Assembly: GCA_951406725.2 (NCBI GenBank)
Contig: OX597814.1
Coordinates: 192,758,001 to 192,822,000 of the forward strand
Direction: 5' to 3'
From: Octopus vulgaris
Taxonomy: Eukaryota
Length of the DNA: 64,000 bases
Position 1 is the first letter of the stretch. Each line of letters begins with the position of its first letter. Both the position numbers and the translations under genes were made by a program. Below are positions 22,701 through 34,589 of the stretch, one piece after another. The notes below the pieces were generated by a model. The model had not been told where the DNA came from, searched no databases, and saw nothing but the letters and a program-made list of their open reading frames with translations.

Positions 22701-25351
22701 AGTATATCACCAGCACTTAGTATTGTACTTAGACCACCACCATCTATTGTAGTGTTGTACTGAAAAGCTTTTCCCCTTGTAACAATTAACAGCTTTTGTG
22801 TTTCCTTGTCTATTGATAAGGATTTCACAAAAAAAGGGATTTTAATTCTATGAATTCTTTCAACTTGATTATAATCTTTCCTAATGGCTAAAATATCTAA
22901 ATATGATGGTTTATCACAATAACAAACAATTTCACCTTCACCCATCTTACACACTCGTATATAAGGCTGCCTTAATGATACACTTCTCACTGTCTTTGAT
23001 AGGTTTCCGATGACCCTTAATTGTTTCAGTAGGGGTAATGTGACACCTATTTGATTAGAATCCCATCGACATATATCTGTAGCTGTAGATGGCAGAGATA
23101 ATCTAGACACAATGTTTCCTTCATTAGAAATGTATAACAAGCAATCATGGTTGATGTCAAACACCACCAACTGTCCATTGGCCAGATTACATATTTCACC
23201 AATGACAAGTTTTTTGTCATTCTCCTTTTCTTTGAGTCGTATATTTAGATTTCTGATATAAGGATTTTTTGTGCGTAAATAACAGCCAGACGACTGGCCT
23301 TGATACTTGTAAAGAAGAACCCTGTTGAGTTGAGTGTCCGGCACATAAACAGTTCCTTGGAAAACAGCAATGTCAGGGTGAACAGGGAAAGGTAGTTTCC
23401 ATTGCCATTTAATTTCTCCATATATCTCATAACATATCAAAATAGAGTGTCTCTTGAAGAGGACATAAAAATAAACATTATCAGAGTAGATGTGATGAGG
23501 GTAGCCATAGAATGGAAGGTATTTTTGAAAAAGTTCTTCACCACATGTGGAATAAAATACCATTTTATTTTCGCTTCCATTTACGACTACAAAATTAATT
23601 GGAGTTGCAGCAATGGTGACATTATAATGTCCCATAGAAATTCTTTCTATAATGTCAACTTTATCTTCGTTGATCAAAAGGATATGGACCTCATTTTTGT
23701 TTTCATTGGTGGTCACAGCTAAAAACTTATTTGATACAATATGACATATTTTCATGTAATCAGTTTGGACCTTTATTAAAGGGCCTTTTCTTAGTTCAGG
23801 ACAGGTGATATACTGAAATCCTTTAATTTCACAATAAAATACCAGGAATCTGTTTGCGTTTATTCTACAAGAGAAAGAAGGAAGCTCAAGGAAAACTAAA
23901 TTATTTTGGTTAATTATTTCCCCATTATCAGTGAATAATTTAGCTTCCTTATTTATGTAAATTATTAATATAGAAGATGTAGACATAGGAAGAATATTTG
24001 TAATGTTGTAGCAATCCTCAATATAAATATAGTCTTTTAAACTGGGGGTATGTAGCTGGTGGTTGTATGATAGTTTGGGCCAAAAGTCTTTATTTATTTG
24101 AATGGCATGTGGTTTGCCACAATAATCTGTTACCAAAATGGTATCTTTACCAACAGAAATAGAGCAGCATTTCCTGCCAATGTCCCTCATTGTTACACCA
24201 CCTTTAGCCGAAATTTTATAAATAATTTGTCCCTGGAGGACATAGAAATAGTTTTGGTACTGAGAGATTTTACTTGGGAGGTGCAGAGAATGGGTCTCTA
24301 CTTCCCATAACTGTTGGCCATCCAGTTTATAACAGATTATTCTGTTAATACTGGAAAATGTGATTAAAAGTATATTCTGGACCCCTACAGTAATATCTGT
24401 TGGCGTTTCTTTGGTCATGAATTCATATCGAATTCTATTATCTTCCCAATCAATTTGGTAAACAGTCTTACCAAACATTTCTACACCTATAAGTGTAGAA
24501 TGTTCCAAGTAAGCAACCAAATGTAATCCCAACTGTATCCTTTTAATCTTGAAAGTTGTGGGGCTGATAATAAGAATCATTTTTTGGAAGGGGAGGGTTG
24601 CTAGAACCATGTCTTCACCGATTCTGGTGAAACTGGTGACAGAAGATGGACAATGAGCATCATTTCTGTCACCGTTTCTTGTCAGACAACATATTGTCAT
24701 ACAATGGCGGGAATATGTTACTACTCCCTCCTGTATGACAATAATATTGGATATTATTGTGCTTTTGTCAAATTCTTCCCCAGATTCCTTGATCTTTGCC
24801 TCTCTGGTCAGAACTGGCGAAAGAGGCCGAAATTTTGTGGTTATTTTTGGTGGCTCAATGGTTTTGTGTTTGTCTTGTAGAATATTTCTCTGTAAATAGT
24901 GTTCCAGGAACAATTCTAGCTTTCCAAAAATAATAAATTCTTGATTGTAATCGCTTTTTTTAATGTCTTTCATCAAAATTTCTATTCTCTGTGTAAATTC
25001 TTTTAGAAAAGTATTTTCATTCATTCCTATATTTTTAAAAAAAGTACGTATTTCTTCCCGAGAATTTATCAACAAATTCATTTTGTCTTCATATGCATTG
25101 AATCTTGTATAAAATATATGTTTGTCAAAACTATTTCGTCTTCGCATTATTTCCCTCTTTTCAGGGTCTCCTTTATGTCTTTTTTGTTTTTTTGTTGGCT
25201 GAGATGAAGCTTGTTTCTCTGACATTTCTCTCCTTGAACTGTCATCTCTCTCATATTTACACCTTTGATGGTCAACTCCTTCTCCATACCATTTTGTTTT
25301 TAAGTTACTTAAAGCCCTTTTCTGAGGGGTAGGTTTTGTTTGGTCTTCCAT
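19751..25351 (-). CDS. Large single-exon protein (1866 aa): basic/helical N-terminus plus about six tandem NHL/TolB-like beta-propeller modules
   Basis: 5.6-kb stop-free ORF; recurring blade motifs (DICRWDSNQIGVTLP, KICRWHSNTLIIT, DICRWTDECFIVT, GGVCFTQESHIMATVP, SFTRIGEDMVLATLP; KIFTLDGQLV, KIFDEDGELL, KLFTDNGEII); splice acceptor TTTCATTACAG 7 nt upstream of the ATG. The fold assignment is inferred. Confidence 0.8.
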   Translation of the reverse strand: MEDQTKPTPQKRALSNLKTKWYGEGVDHQRCKYERDDSSRREMSEKQASSQPTKKQKRHKGDPEKREIMRRRNSFDKHIFYTRFNAYEDKMNLLINSREEIRTFFKNIGMNENTFLKEFTQRIEILMKDIKKSDYNQEFIIFGKLELFLEHYLQRNILQDKHKTIEPPKITTKFRPLSPVLTREAKIKESGEEFDKSTIISNIIVIQEGVVTYSRHCMTICCLTRNGDRNDAHCPSSVTSFTRIGEDMVLATLPFQKMILIISPTTFKIKRIQLGLHLVAYLEHSTLIGVEMFGKTVYQIDWEDNRIRYEFMTKETPTDITVGVQNILLITFSSINRIICYKLDGQQLWEVETHSLHLPSKISQYQNYFYVLQGQIIYKISAKGGVTMRDIGRKCCSISVGKDTILVTDYCGKPHAIQINKDFWPKLSYNHQLHTPSLKDYIYIEDCYNITNILPMSTSSILIIYINKEAKLFTDNGEIINQNNLVFLELPSFSCRINANRFLVFYCEIKGFQYITCPELRKGPLIKVQTDYMKICHIVSNKFLAVTTNENKNEVHILLINEDKVDIIERISMGHYNVTIAATPINFVVVNGSENKMVFYSTCGEELFQKYLPFYGYPHHIYSDNVYFYVLFKRHSILICYEIYGEIKWQWKLPFPVHPDIAVFQGTVYVPDTQLNRVLLYKYQGQSSGCYLRTKNPYIRNLNIRLKEKENDKKLVIGEICNLANGQLVVFDINHDCLLYISNEGNIVSRLSLPSTATDICRWDSNQIGVTLPLLKQLRVIGNLSKTVRSVSLRQPYIRVCKMGEGEIVCYCDKPSYLDILAIRKDYNQVERIHRIKIPFFVKSLSIDKETQKLLIVTRGKAFQYNTTIDGGGLSTILSAGDILTILSGGSDSSISSSDGSISSIEMVSGDSEYETEAFFIFDGGDVSHHLYSIKMVPSVLMSQVKHPLNLYSGSIDQTFVYLIDNSRMFAINDHNLLVNDLFINNQLNYHIDLVDVFSRNISVSEMLSSTLYLQDLTVSDKARHIPLPQNLEDKLPVWIKYLVITENNLIAGWDEKNGNIKIFTLDGQLVDSIKWNAYRFIKICRWHSNTLIITNWDYFGNRSQLLTLKVEFPLLLVIYQTRDEYRCVASLSNNQLVCSKSENRSLLYFVDIDEIHSNVKETKQIHIPEPSLGRGEDGNNYAPITDINVTAEDVIIVLNERYIAFLNSDGQYLHSVRHYMQHLLRDDRMTIDDSFLYIHGQWEKYLDCPDYQNILCLTQNGEYKRIFLNERIYKGEVYFFSINCKGPRFVGSSRRGKKKGLYVEGLFMVNRESFPVARLQTDECPVQVKDFDISDKGKTVACEKANNGNVKIFDEDGELLCHRNVASLVGGVCFTQESHIMATVPKRKEIFQLNGEDLQTSKVWPSLIPYGVIWRKVGGIYWCVHTELIECHCIKIDGDQVNILESVSLLNLDSGLRFPSITSETNKEIFSNELINKLKYSGGDGDGDGGRRRRGKSGEIISKSRLKVRCGNYIAEINNSGIDEISVRRLPYRTAMVPFSIPAFEEHVNYDYVDIRDQSSKLIKLDENVSVLIFRESVTLMRTTTTTVDILQHEQQQQPPLDICRWTDECFIVTFGREMRVFNRDLCHLKTIRTEKYYKRIYKYNDNQLVCGGHYIRDITQEERYKKYRRRWENKDCKDTDIFDPYYVDVVDIKDGKCKDEVCHGEVRRLGRLEADEGVHDVGVTSFGDVVVLRREIKKESGDWDHLCFVEWFREKSLVRRIRIEERTGFGLEYDISRPHLTIIGECVYITDKDNNIYEIPQHIEEETSEDNEILISEDNPKYLILRNYDNEVFEVLGFDVSENSLMVFGIIPGRQPFAFFYFDK

Positions 25352-25849
25352 AGTGAATCTGTAATGAAATAATGGAAAACATTTAGCTTTGTGAAAATAT
25401 TAAAGTTTCAGGGAGATGATGTTTACTTCATTATTTGAAAAACAAACAAAACATTTATGTATTTCTGTCAGTGAATTAATCTTGTATAATTAATATTTAA
25501 ACAACTTTCTGTTGTAATAATAATGATTAGAATTAAACAACTTATTATAATCTGTTTTAAGATGTATTAATAAGTTTCATTAATTACATGGAGTCTAAAT
25601 ATTAGCAATAATTATATTCACTGGAAATGATATTTGCTCTCAACATCACAAAGTAATAATCATGTGTGGTTTAAATTTATTTAACGATAATTAGTCAAAG
25701 AGATTCCCCTGCTCCAAAAGTACTCAATAATGAGACACTCTATGCTGTAGAGAAAATTAACTTTAATTGGTATACATGCTATATTATGTCCCAACACACA
25801 GCAATCATGTTCAAACTTTGTTAACATGGAACAATTAGCAAAACATAGA

Positions 25850-26390
25850 CTTTATGTGCTGAAAGTGTAACGGCTAGAGTAAGAATATCCTGGGCAAAGT
25901 TTAGAGAGCTCTTACCTCTGTTGGTGACTAAAGGCCTCTCGCTTAGAGTAAAAGGCAGACTGTATGATGCATGTGTATGAACAGCCATGCTACATGGTAG
26001 TGAAACATGGGCCGTGACTGCTGAGGACATGCGTAAGCTCACGAGAAATGAAGCCAGTATGCTCCGATGGATGTGTAATGTCAGTGTGCATGCTCGACAG
26101 AGTGTTAGTACCCTGAGAGAAATGTTGGACCTAAGGAGCATCAGTTGTGGTGTGCAAGAGAGACGATTGCGCTGATATGGTCATGTGGCGAGAATGGATG
26201 AAGATAGGTGTGTGAAAAAGTGCCAATCCCTAGCAGTTGAGGGAACCCGTGGAAGAGGTAGACCCAGGAAAACCTGGGACGAGGTTGTGAAGCACGACCT
26301 TCGAACTTTAGGCCTCACTGAGGAAATGACCAGCGACCGAGACCTTTGGAAATATGTTGTACGTGAGAAGACCAGGCAGGACAAGTGAGC
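25850..26390 (+). mobile_element. RTE-clade LINE ORF 3' fragment with in-frame stops
   Basis: WAKFRELLPLL..KGRLYDACV*TAMLHGSETWAV..EASMLRWMC..RRLR*YGHVARM..GRGRPRKTW. Confidence 0.85.
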
Positions 26391-28510
26391 CCAGCCCACT
26401 TATGAATGCCTTTCCTCCCTTGGACACAAAGACCTGTTGAGGCAAGCGAAGTCGATATAGAACCTCATTCAACGACAGGCACCCATGCCAACCCCCTTTG
26501 CTTGCAAAGACATGTTAGGGTAAGCGAAAGCGAAATCGAACTGAACCAGCCAGGATCCCTAGTCTGGTGGTACGTAAAAAGCACTATCCGACTCGTGGCC
26601 GATGCCAGCGCCGCCTCCACTGGCTTCCGTGCCGGTGGCACGTAAAATACACCAATCCAACCATATGACAGGCACACAATTCTGCCAGCTTGTCACAGTA
26701 TTATTAATAATAATAATAATGATAATAATAATAATCCTTTCTTACTATAGGCACAAGGCCTGAAATTTGGGGTAAGGGAACTAGTCGATTACATCAGACC
26801 CAGCCCCTAACTGGTTCGTATTTTATTAATCCCAAAAGGATGAGAGGCAAAGTCGAACTTGTGGAATTTGGTGGAATAAGTACCAGTCGAACAACTCCAG
26901 TGTGTAACTGGTACTTATTGAATTGACCCCAAAAGGATGAAAGGCAAAGTCGACCTTGGTGGAATTTGAACTCAGAACGTAGTGGCAAACGAGTAATAAT
27001 AATAATAATAATAATAATAATAGTTTCAAATTTTAGCATAAGGCCAGCAGTTTCAGGGGAGCAGGTAAGTTGATTACATCAACCCCAGAATTCAAAAGGT
27101 ACTTATTTTATTGACCCTGAAAGAATGGAAGTTGACGCCGGTAACATTTGAACTCAGAACGTAAAGACAACCAAAATGCTGCCAAGCATTTTGCCCAGCA
27201 TGCTAACTGTTCTGCCAGCTCACCACCTACATCATCATCATCATCATCATCATCATAATAATAATAATTAATAATAAACAATAACAACAACAACAACCAT
27301 ACTTTTCCTATTTTATATCCTTCATATGTCCCCTTTTACTTTCATCTCTCTCTCTCTCATTCACTGTCTCCTTTTAAATATCAACTTCAACATTACATTT
27401 CCCTACTTTTACATAAACATATATATATTATGTGTGTGTGTGTGTGAATATATATATAATATATATATATTATAAATAGGAATAAATAAATGTGCCCTTT
27501 TTAAAGCCTAGCCAGGCTCATGGACCCAGTTTCCTGGTTTCTATGGTGTATGTGTTCCCCAGCTGGACGAGACGCCAGTCCATCGCAGTGTTACTCATTT
27601 TTGCCAGCTGAGTGGACTGGAGCAACGTGAAATAAAGTGTTTTGTTCAAGAACATGTGTCGCCCGGTCCAGGAATTGAAATCACAATCTTACGATCATGA
27701 TGCTGACACCATAACCACTACGCTACGTGCCTCCACATATGTATATTATGTATGTGTATATATATATTCTTTTATTCTTGTAATTGTTTCAGTCATTTGA
27801 CTGTTGCCATGCTGGAGCACTGCCTTTAGTCAAACAAATCGACTTCAGGACTTATTCTTTCTAAGACCAATACTTATTCTATTGGTCTCTTTAGCCAAAT
27901 TGCTACTAAGTTACGGGGATGTAAACATACCGATATTGGTTGGCAAGCTATGTTGGTGTGACAAACAGAGACACATAAATATATATGAGGGGCTTCTTTC
28001 AGTTTCTGTCTACCAGATCCTCTCACAAGGATTTGGTTTGCCCAAGGTGCCATGCAGTGGGACTGAACCTAGAACCATGTGGTTTGGAAGCATGCTTCTT
28101 ACCACACAGCCACTCTTGTGCCCTTGGCCCACTGTTTCTAATTCTTGTCACCTCCCACATTACCACTCCCCCCTCTACCTTGTCTCTCATAATATATATA
28201 TATATATATATATATGTTATGTATGTGTATATATATTGTATACTTTTATATGTTTCAGTCATTTGACTGCAGCCATGCTGGAGCACTACCTGTAGTACTT
28301 ATTCTTTGTAAGCCTAGTACTTATTCTATCAGTCTCTTTTGCCAAATCGCTAAGAGATGGGGACGCACACATCAAAATCAGTTGTCAAGCGATGGTGGGG
28401 GGAACAAACATAAACGCACACATATATACATATGTATCTATCTATTTATATTTATATATGTATATAGCTCCTACACGCATTTTTTTTCTCTCCTTGTTTT
28501 TTTCTGTGTA

Positions 28511-28548
28511 TCTTTCTGTCGAAGAGCATAGGCTCGAAACGTAAAAGA
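28511..28548 (+). ncRNA. Minimal hammerhead ribozyme motif, variant core (family of 17273)
   Basis: UCUUU-CUGUCGA-aGAGC(auag)GCUC-GAAA-CG-UA-AAAGA. Confidence 0.55.
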
Positions 28549-28645
28549 CTTTTTGTATTTCTATTCCTGAGCGCTATACTAATACATTTGTTTGTTTGTA
28601 CTCCACCTGCCTTCATCTTTTGTTTATTTTCGCAAACCTTCCCGT

Positions 28646-28679
<34 letters not shown>

Positions 28680-28862
28680 TATAGGGCTTCTTTCATTTTA
28701 CTGTCTACCAAATCCTCTCACAAGTCTTTGTTTGGCCTGAGGCTAGGCTATAATAGAAAACACTTGCCCTAAATGTCACGCAGTGAAACTGAACCCGGAA
28801 CTGTGTGGTTAGGAAGTAAGCTTCTTACCACATATATATATGTGTATATATATATATATATA

Positions 28863-29325
28863 TATAGTGGTTGTATACTGTCAACTCAACGTGACAGTCC
28901 TGTAAAGGGAATCACACCACTGCTATTTAGCCCTAGGAAGCATTGACACTTCCTGTCGGCTTTGACATATTTCCTGTGTCCTTATATTTGCAAAGGGGAG
29001 GCAAGCACCCCCGCCAGCTAGGATTAGCACCTGAAGGCATGCGTGTTTCTGGGTTAGCAAGGTTAGTCCAAGTTAGCAAGTCCTGCTAGCTGAGATGGCT
29101 GCAACCGCTTTGCAAATATATAATATTTTCAGTGAAATTTATTCACTGATCACCAAAATTAGAAATATTGAATTTCTAAATGTCTCAGAGATACATGAGC
29201 AGTGGTGGGGCGATATAGTGTTTGTATACTGTCAACTCAACGTGACAGTTCCATAAAGGGAATCACACCACCGCTATATAGCCCTAGGAAGCATCGACGC
29301 TTCCTGTCGGCTTTGACACATTTCT
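28863..29325 (-). mobile_element. Second copy of the 352-bp Penelope-like pLTR, partial tandem
   Basis: TATAGTG.TTGTATACTGTCAACTCAACGTGACAG at 28863 and 29214; homologous to 12301-12719. Confidence 0.6.
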
Positions 29326-29360
<35 letters not shown>

Positions 29361-31199
29361 TCATCATCATCATCATCGTTTAACGTCCGCTTTCCATGCT
29401 AGCACGGGTTGGATGGTTCGACCGGGGTCTGGGAAGCCAGGAGGCTGCACCAGGCTCCAGTCTGATCTGGCAGTGTTTCTACAGCTGGATGTCCTTCCTA
29501 ACACCAACCACTCCGTGAGTGTAGTGGATGCTTTTTACGTGCCACCAGCACAGGTGCCAGGGGAGTCTGGCACTGGCCACGATCGGTTGGTACTTTTTAC
29601 GTGCCACCGGCACAGAAGCCAGTCAAGGTGGGGTTGGCATCGGCCACGTTCAGATGGTGCTTTTTACATGCCACCAGCACAGAAGCCAGTCAAGGCGGGG
29701 CTGGCATCGGCCATAAATGTGGTAAAAAATTAAACAATTCACAAAACAAAAAAAACCTCACTCCATACAGATTTATAGTGGCAGAGCTGATTCTGGGAAT
29801 GGCCAATGAGCTGGTGTTGACAACAACAACAGAAGCACAATGGCAGAGACCAGATGGGTGTCTTTGAGACTGGAGCCTTAAACAGCTGAAAAAGTAGCAG
29901 GGACAACTACAGCAGTTGTTGCAGACTTGATAATATAGAAAAGATGAAGAACGATGAAAGAGGGAGGAAATGGATGAAGAGGAGGCATGTAAATGAAAAC
30001 TGAGTCAACATTGATGGAAAATAAGTTGAAAAACAGCATCAGAAGATCTACAATATTTAAATGTAATTAATAAAAAATATATTAAAAATATAATCTTTTA
30101 AAATTCAAAAAGATGTTTAACTTTTATAATTTCAAAATACAATTTATAAAGCTGAAATATTGAAACAATAAAATTATTTTTATAAACAATAAATATATTT
30201 GGAATAAAAGAAATATATTTGTTTAAAATATATTAAAACTATGATTTCTATTTTTGATGTTTAACTAAAAGTTAATTCTTGTCTAGCAATGCTATAGTCA
30301 AAAACGCTCTAGCCATGACCCTCCCATAAATTGTCATGATTGAATATTATTTTAGGGGCATTTTAGGGACTTTGTTGTTGGTTTGTAATAGAGTTTATAA
30401 TAATTGCAGACAATGTGAAGTAATTCTTAGAAGCCATCCATCTGGTAAATAATATTGAAGATGGTGAGAAAACATATTTAATGGATCGCACATTATGTTT
30501 GAAATAAGTCTAATGAATGTTTAGCAATGTAAATGTGTTGATAAATTGTGTGTTAAATAAATAGAAGAAGAATAATATTTACCAGAGTCGGTTATTTGGC
30601 TTTGATTTCGGCTTGAAGTCTTTCTATCTCAGAAATATACTGTGAGTCTGCTTCGCTCGAATAGCAATGAAGATATGGCAACAGTTAAGAGGATACTTAT
30701 AATATATCAGGGAGTAGTAGTCATTGCCTCCTTATGTGTGTGTATACATCTTTATGTATGTATATATAGATGGATATACACATTCATACATAAATGTCTG
30801 TGTGTATATACATTTCTATGTGTGTGTAGGTGTAGGAGTGGCTGTGTAGTAAGTAGCTTGCTTATCAACCACATGGCTCTGGGTTCAGTCCCACTGTATG
30901 GCACCTTGTGCAAGTGACTTCTACTATAGCCTTGGGCCAACCAAAGCCTTGTAAATAGATTTGGTAGATGGAAAGTGATAGAAGCCCATCTAAGCTACGG
31001 GGAGCATATACACACACATACATATATATGTATGTGTGTGTATATCCCCCCCACCATAGCTTAGCAGTTTAGCAAAAGAGACTGATACAATAAGTACTAG
31101 GCTTACAAAGAATAAATCCTGGGGTCGATTTGCTTAATTAAAGGCGGTGCTCCAGCATAGCCACAGTCGAATGAGTGACAACTTAAAACGGTATCAAAA

Positions 31200-31310
31200 C
31201 GTGTTAGAAATAATAAAGAAATTTTCCTGAAATAACATACAACCTTCTCATAAACACACACACATTTATATATATATAGATATGCTTATTTTTATATATG
31301 TATGTATGTA

Positions 31311-31352
<42 letters not shown>

Positions 31353-31575
31353 CAAACACATTCACATGTTTATATATACACATGTATGTATATAAATGCA
31401 TGTATGTGTAAAAATCCAGGTTTCATGACAGTAACATAACTATGGGGTTACTGTTGTGAATCTGGCATTTTTTATGCTTGAAGAATTTTGGTATTGGTCT
31501 GGAATCCAACAGCCCAGAGCTCAGGTTCAGTTTCTCTGGAAATAATATACCAAGAACAACTAATATGTATGTATG

Positions 31576-31626
<51 letters not shown>

Positions 31627-31800
31627 TAAAACGGTAAGATAACAAAAGAAAGAAAGAGACCTCAATATTATGTAAATAGAGGAAATTTATCTATGCAATT
31701 ATATGTTGCATTATATCGAGTAATGTAACATATAATTGTGTATATATATATATATATATATATATAAATATATAAATGTGTATATATATATATACATATG

Positions 31801-31831
<31 letters not shown>

Positions 31832-31843
31832 ATATATATACAC

Positions 31844-31892
<49 letters not shown>

Positions 31893-32501
31893 AAAATAAG
31901 GATAAGATCGTTAATTTAAAATGAAATAACGATTTTATCAAGTGGCCAGCATGGAAAAAATAACCTTCAAAGGTAATAATTATTAAAATTATAAATTAGG
32001 GTATCTACGAGATACCACCATGCTGAAAATAGCAGCCATGATCTGACTCTAAAACCACCTTAATTGTCCATATCGCAAACACAGAGAGGAAGCAAAGAGA
32101 CATATGAGGCTAGTAAAAAATTACAGGATAATTCTAGATTCCGGATTTCTGACTTTGCATTTAGGAATGCTTTGCCGCGTCAGTAGAATACATACAGGTT
32201 ATTATACATATACATAAAAATATATGTACCTATATATATATATACCTATATATATATATATGCATTCTTTTATTCCTTTACTTGTTTCAGTAATTTGAAT
32301 ATGGTCATGCTGGAGCACCACCTTTAGTTGAAGAAATCGATCTCACCACTTATTCTTTGTTAGCTTAATAGTTTTTCTATTGGTCTTTTTTGCTGAACTG
32401 CTAAGTTATAGGGGTGTAAACACAGCAACATTGATTCTCAAGCGATGGTGAGGGGGGACAGTCACAGATGCACAATCATATATATATGTATATATATTTA
32501 C

Positions 32502-32545
<44 letters not shown>

Positions 32546-33099
32546 CAGGAAAGAAAAGGAAGAAAAATGGATGTATGAGTAATTTATTTGTATCCTATAA
32601 AGATTTTGAAAATTTTTTTTAAAACCATAACAATATAAATAATTATAAGTTGTAAAGCTGAAAAAATGTGAAAGAACCTACATATATGTTTCGGACTATC
32701 CCCTAGAAATTAAAATGTTAAACTAAGTACTATAAGCTCTTAATATCCCTGAAGAAGTTCTATTCCATATAGCTAGACAATGATTCCTTTCCAATGAGGG
32801 GATGGTACTGAAACATACATGTAGGTTAATGTGATCGAAACATATGTTGGAAAATTATTATGATTAAACCAACTGTTAAATAAACCCAAAGTTTGAATGT
32901 TCAGATTCTTCATTCCCCTTATTATCAATATTGTACTTTACACTCAAAGTAGCCAGGAAAAAACTGTAACATTGGATGAGAGTGAAAAGAAATTTACCAT
33001 AAAATGCATCATCTGAAGGAACCAGCCTTGACATTTCTGTATTTTCCTGGATATTATATCTCACCTCTCTCTCTTTCATTCTCATATACACACACACAC

Positions 33100-33142
<43 letters not shown>

Positions 33143-33412
33143 GGGAGTAAATCCAAACTTACAGGGAAAAATTAGATTTAAGATTAAATCCAATTTTATA
33201 GTATAAATATATATATATATATTATATTAAATTAGAGATAAAACCACTATTAGGCAAATCAAACAGTGAAAATCATAAACCAATACATAGAAATAAAATT
33301 AATTAATAAAAAATATATAAAATATAAAATTCAAAATTTAAAATATTTAAATTAAAGTTAAAATTTTAAAAAATTATTTAGATTAATAATTTATACTTAT
33401 AAAATTTTAAAT

Positions 33413-33446
<34 letters not shown>

Positions 33447-33782
33447 TTTATTATTATTATTATTATTATTATTTTTTTTTTTTTTATATATTAAATATAA
33501 CTATCAAAAAGTATTAAAAGTTTAATATAAGATAAAGGGTAAAACCACTACGATCGTTTCATGCCCATATACCAATTCGAATAGCAATAATTTAAATTCA
33601 ATTAATAATTCGAATTATGGTTATAGTCAATCTTCAGGTTAATTATAATATTTAAATAAATAATCAGAAATATTTAAACAATATTTTTTAAGCAATAAAT
33701 AAAATAATAATTTTTCTTATAAAAATCTCTATTATCAAACTAGAAACTTAACAATTTGCCTTATAGTGGTTTTTATCTCTAA

Positions 33783-33829
<47 letters not shown>

Positions 33830-33830
33830 G
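31200..33830. repeat. (TA)n/(TG)n microsatellite-rich, extremely AT-rich block
   Basis: Many pure TA runs (e.g. 31580-31623, 33101-33135, 33787-33824); source of the spurious YIYI ORFs. Confidence 0.9.
33546..33640 (-). ncRNA. Hammerhead ribozyme motif with long stem II
   Basis: Minus strand: AAC-CUGAAGA-[about 70-nt hairpin with AAUUCGAAU/AUUCGAAUU]-GAAA-CGAUCG-UA-GU; lies between inverted repeats at about 33222-33258 and 33755-33790. Confidence 0.55.
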
Positions 33831-34589
33831 TACACACGTATAGTGAGAGGGAGACAATAACAGATAGCTGGCATTTCTTAAATAGAACCCAAATTTTGGC
33901 AATTCACTCAAGAACAGGATTCTGTTTCAGCTTGAACATAGTAATTATCTCTTTAATTACTTCAAATAAGGTGTAATCCTTTGATTTCTGTGTTTAATTT
34001 CAGACTTCATATATGGGATTAATATTTATGCCTGGAAAGGCATGATTACCCTCTCATTGCATTCATTATCTCAACTTGAATTTTTCTTACAAGTTTTGTA
34101 GTCTCTGCTCTACAGGTTACATAATCCACTGCATTCACATTTATTCATCAACACACACATACATGCACTAGAACAGATTAAACACCTTCATAATTGCACT
34201 CATATATTTATCAACACACATGCACATATATATATCGAGATAGATAGATATAGATAGATAGATATATATACATATACACACAAACTTATATATACATGAT
34301 GGACTTCTTTCTGTTTCTGTCTACCAAATCCACTCACAAAGCTTTGGTTATAGTAGATGGCACTTGCTTATGGTGCCACACAGTGGGACTGAACCTGGAA
34401 CCATGTTGTTGGGACACAAGCCTCTTATCACAAAGACACTCCTGTTGTTATTTGGATTTGATTTTCACTTCCTCCCTCTTATGATCTAACGATCCATTTT
34501 GAAATAATTCCAGTTGTTTGCAACTGAGAAAGCATTCATTTACATTTACTCAACAACTCAAGTGTTTTGTTTACACATTGGCCCCCAAA

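Noticed and set aside
25348-25359. GATTCACTATGG start context shared by the propeller gene and DCTD copies 3 and 4
   Set aside because: Only 12 bp including ATGG; no further homology, and the other copies read GAATCACT. Likely chance.
30583-30700. Possible upstream non-coding exon of the propeller gene (minus-strand donor CTG|GTAAAT)
   Set aside because: Plausible, but not supportable without transcript data.
32670-32855. Additional hammerhead-like GAAAC-palindrome motifs (also 16925-16990 and 29030-29050)
   Set aside because: Cores are too degenerate to call; probably decayed pLTRs.
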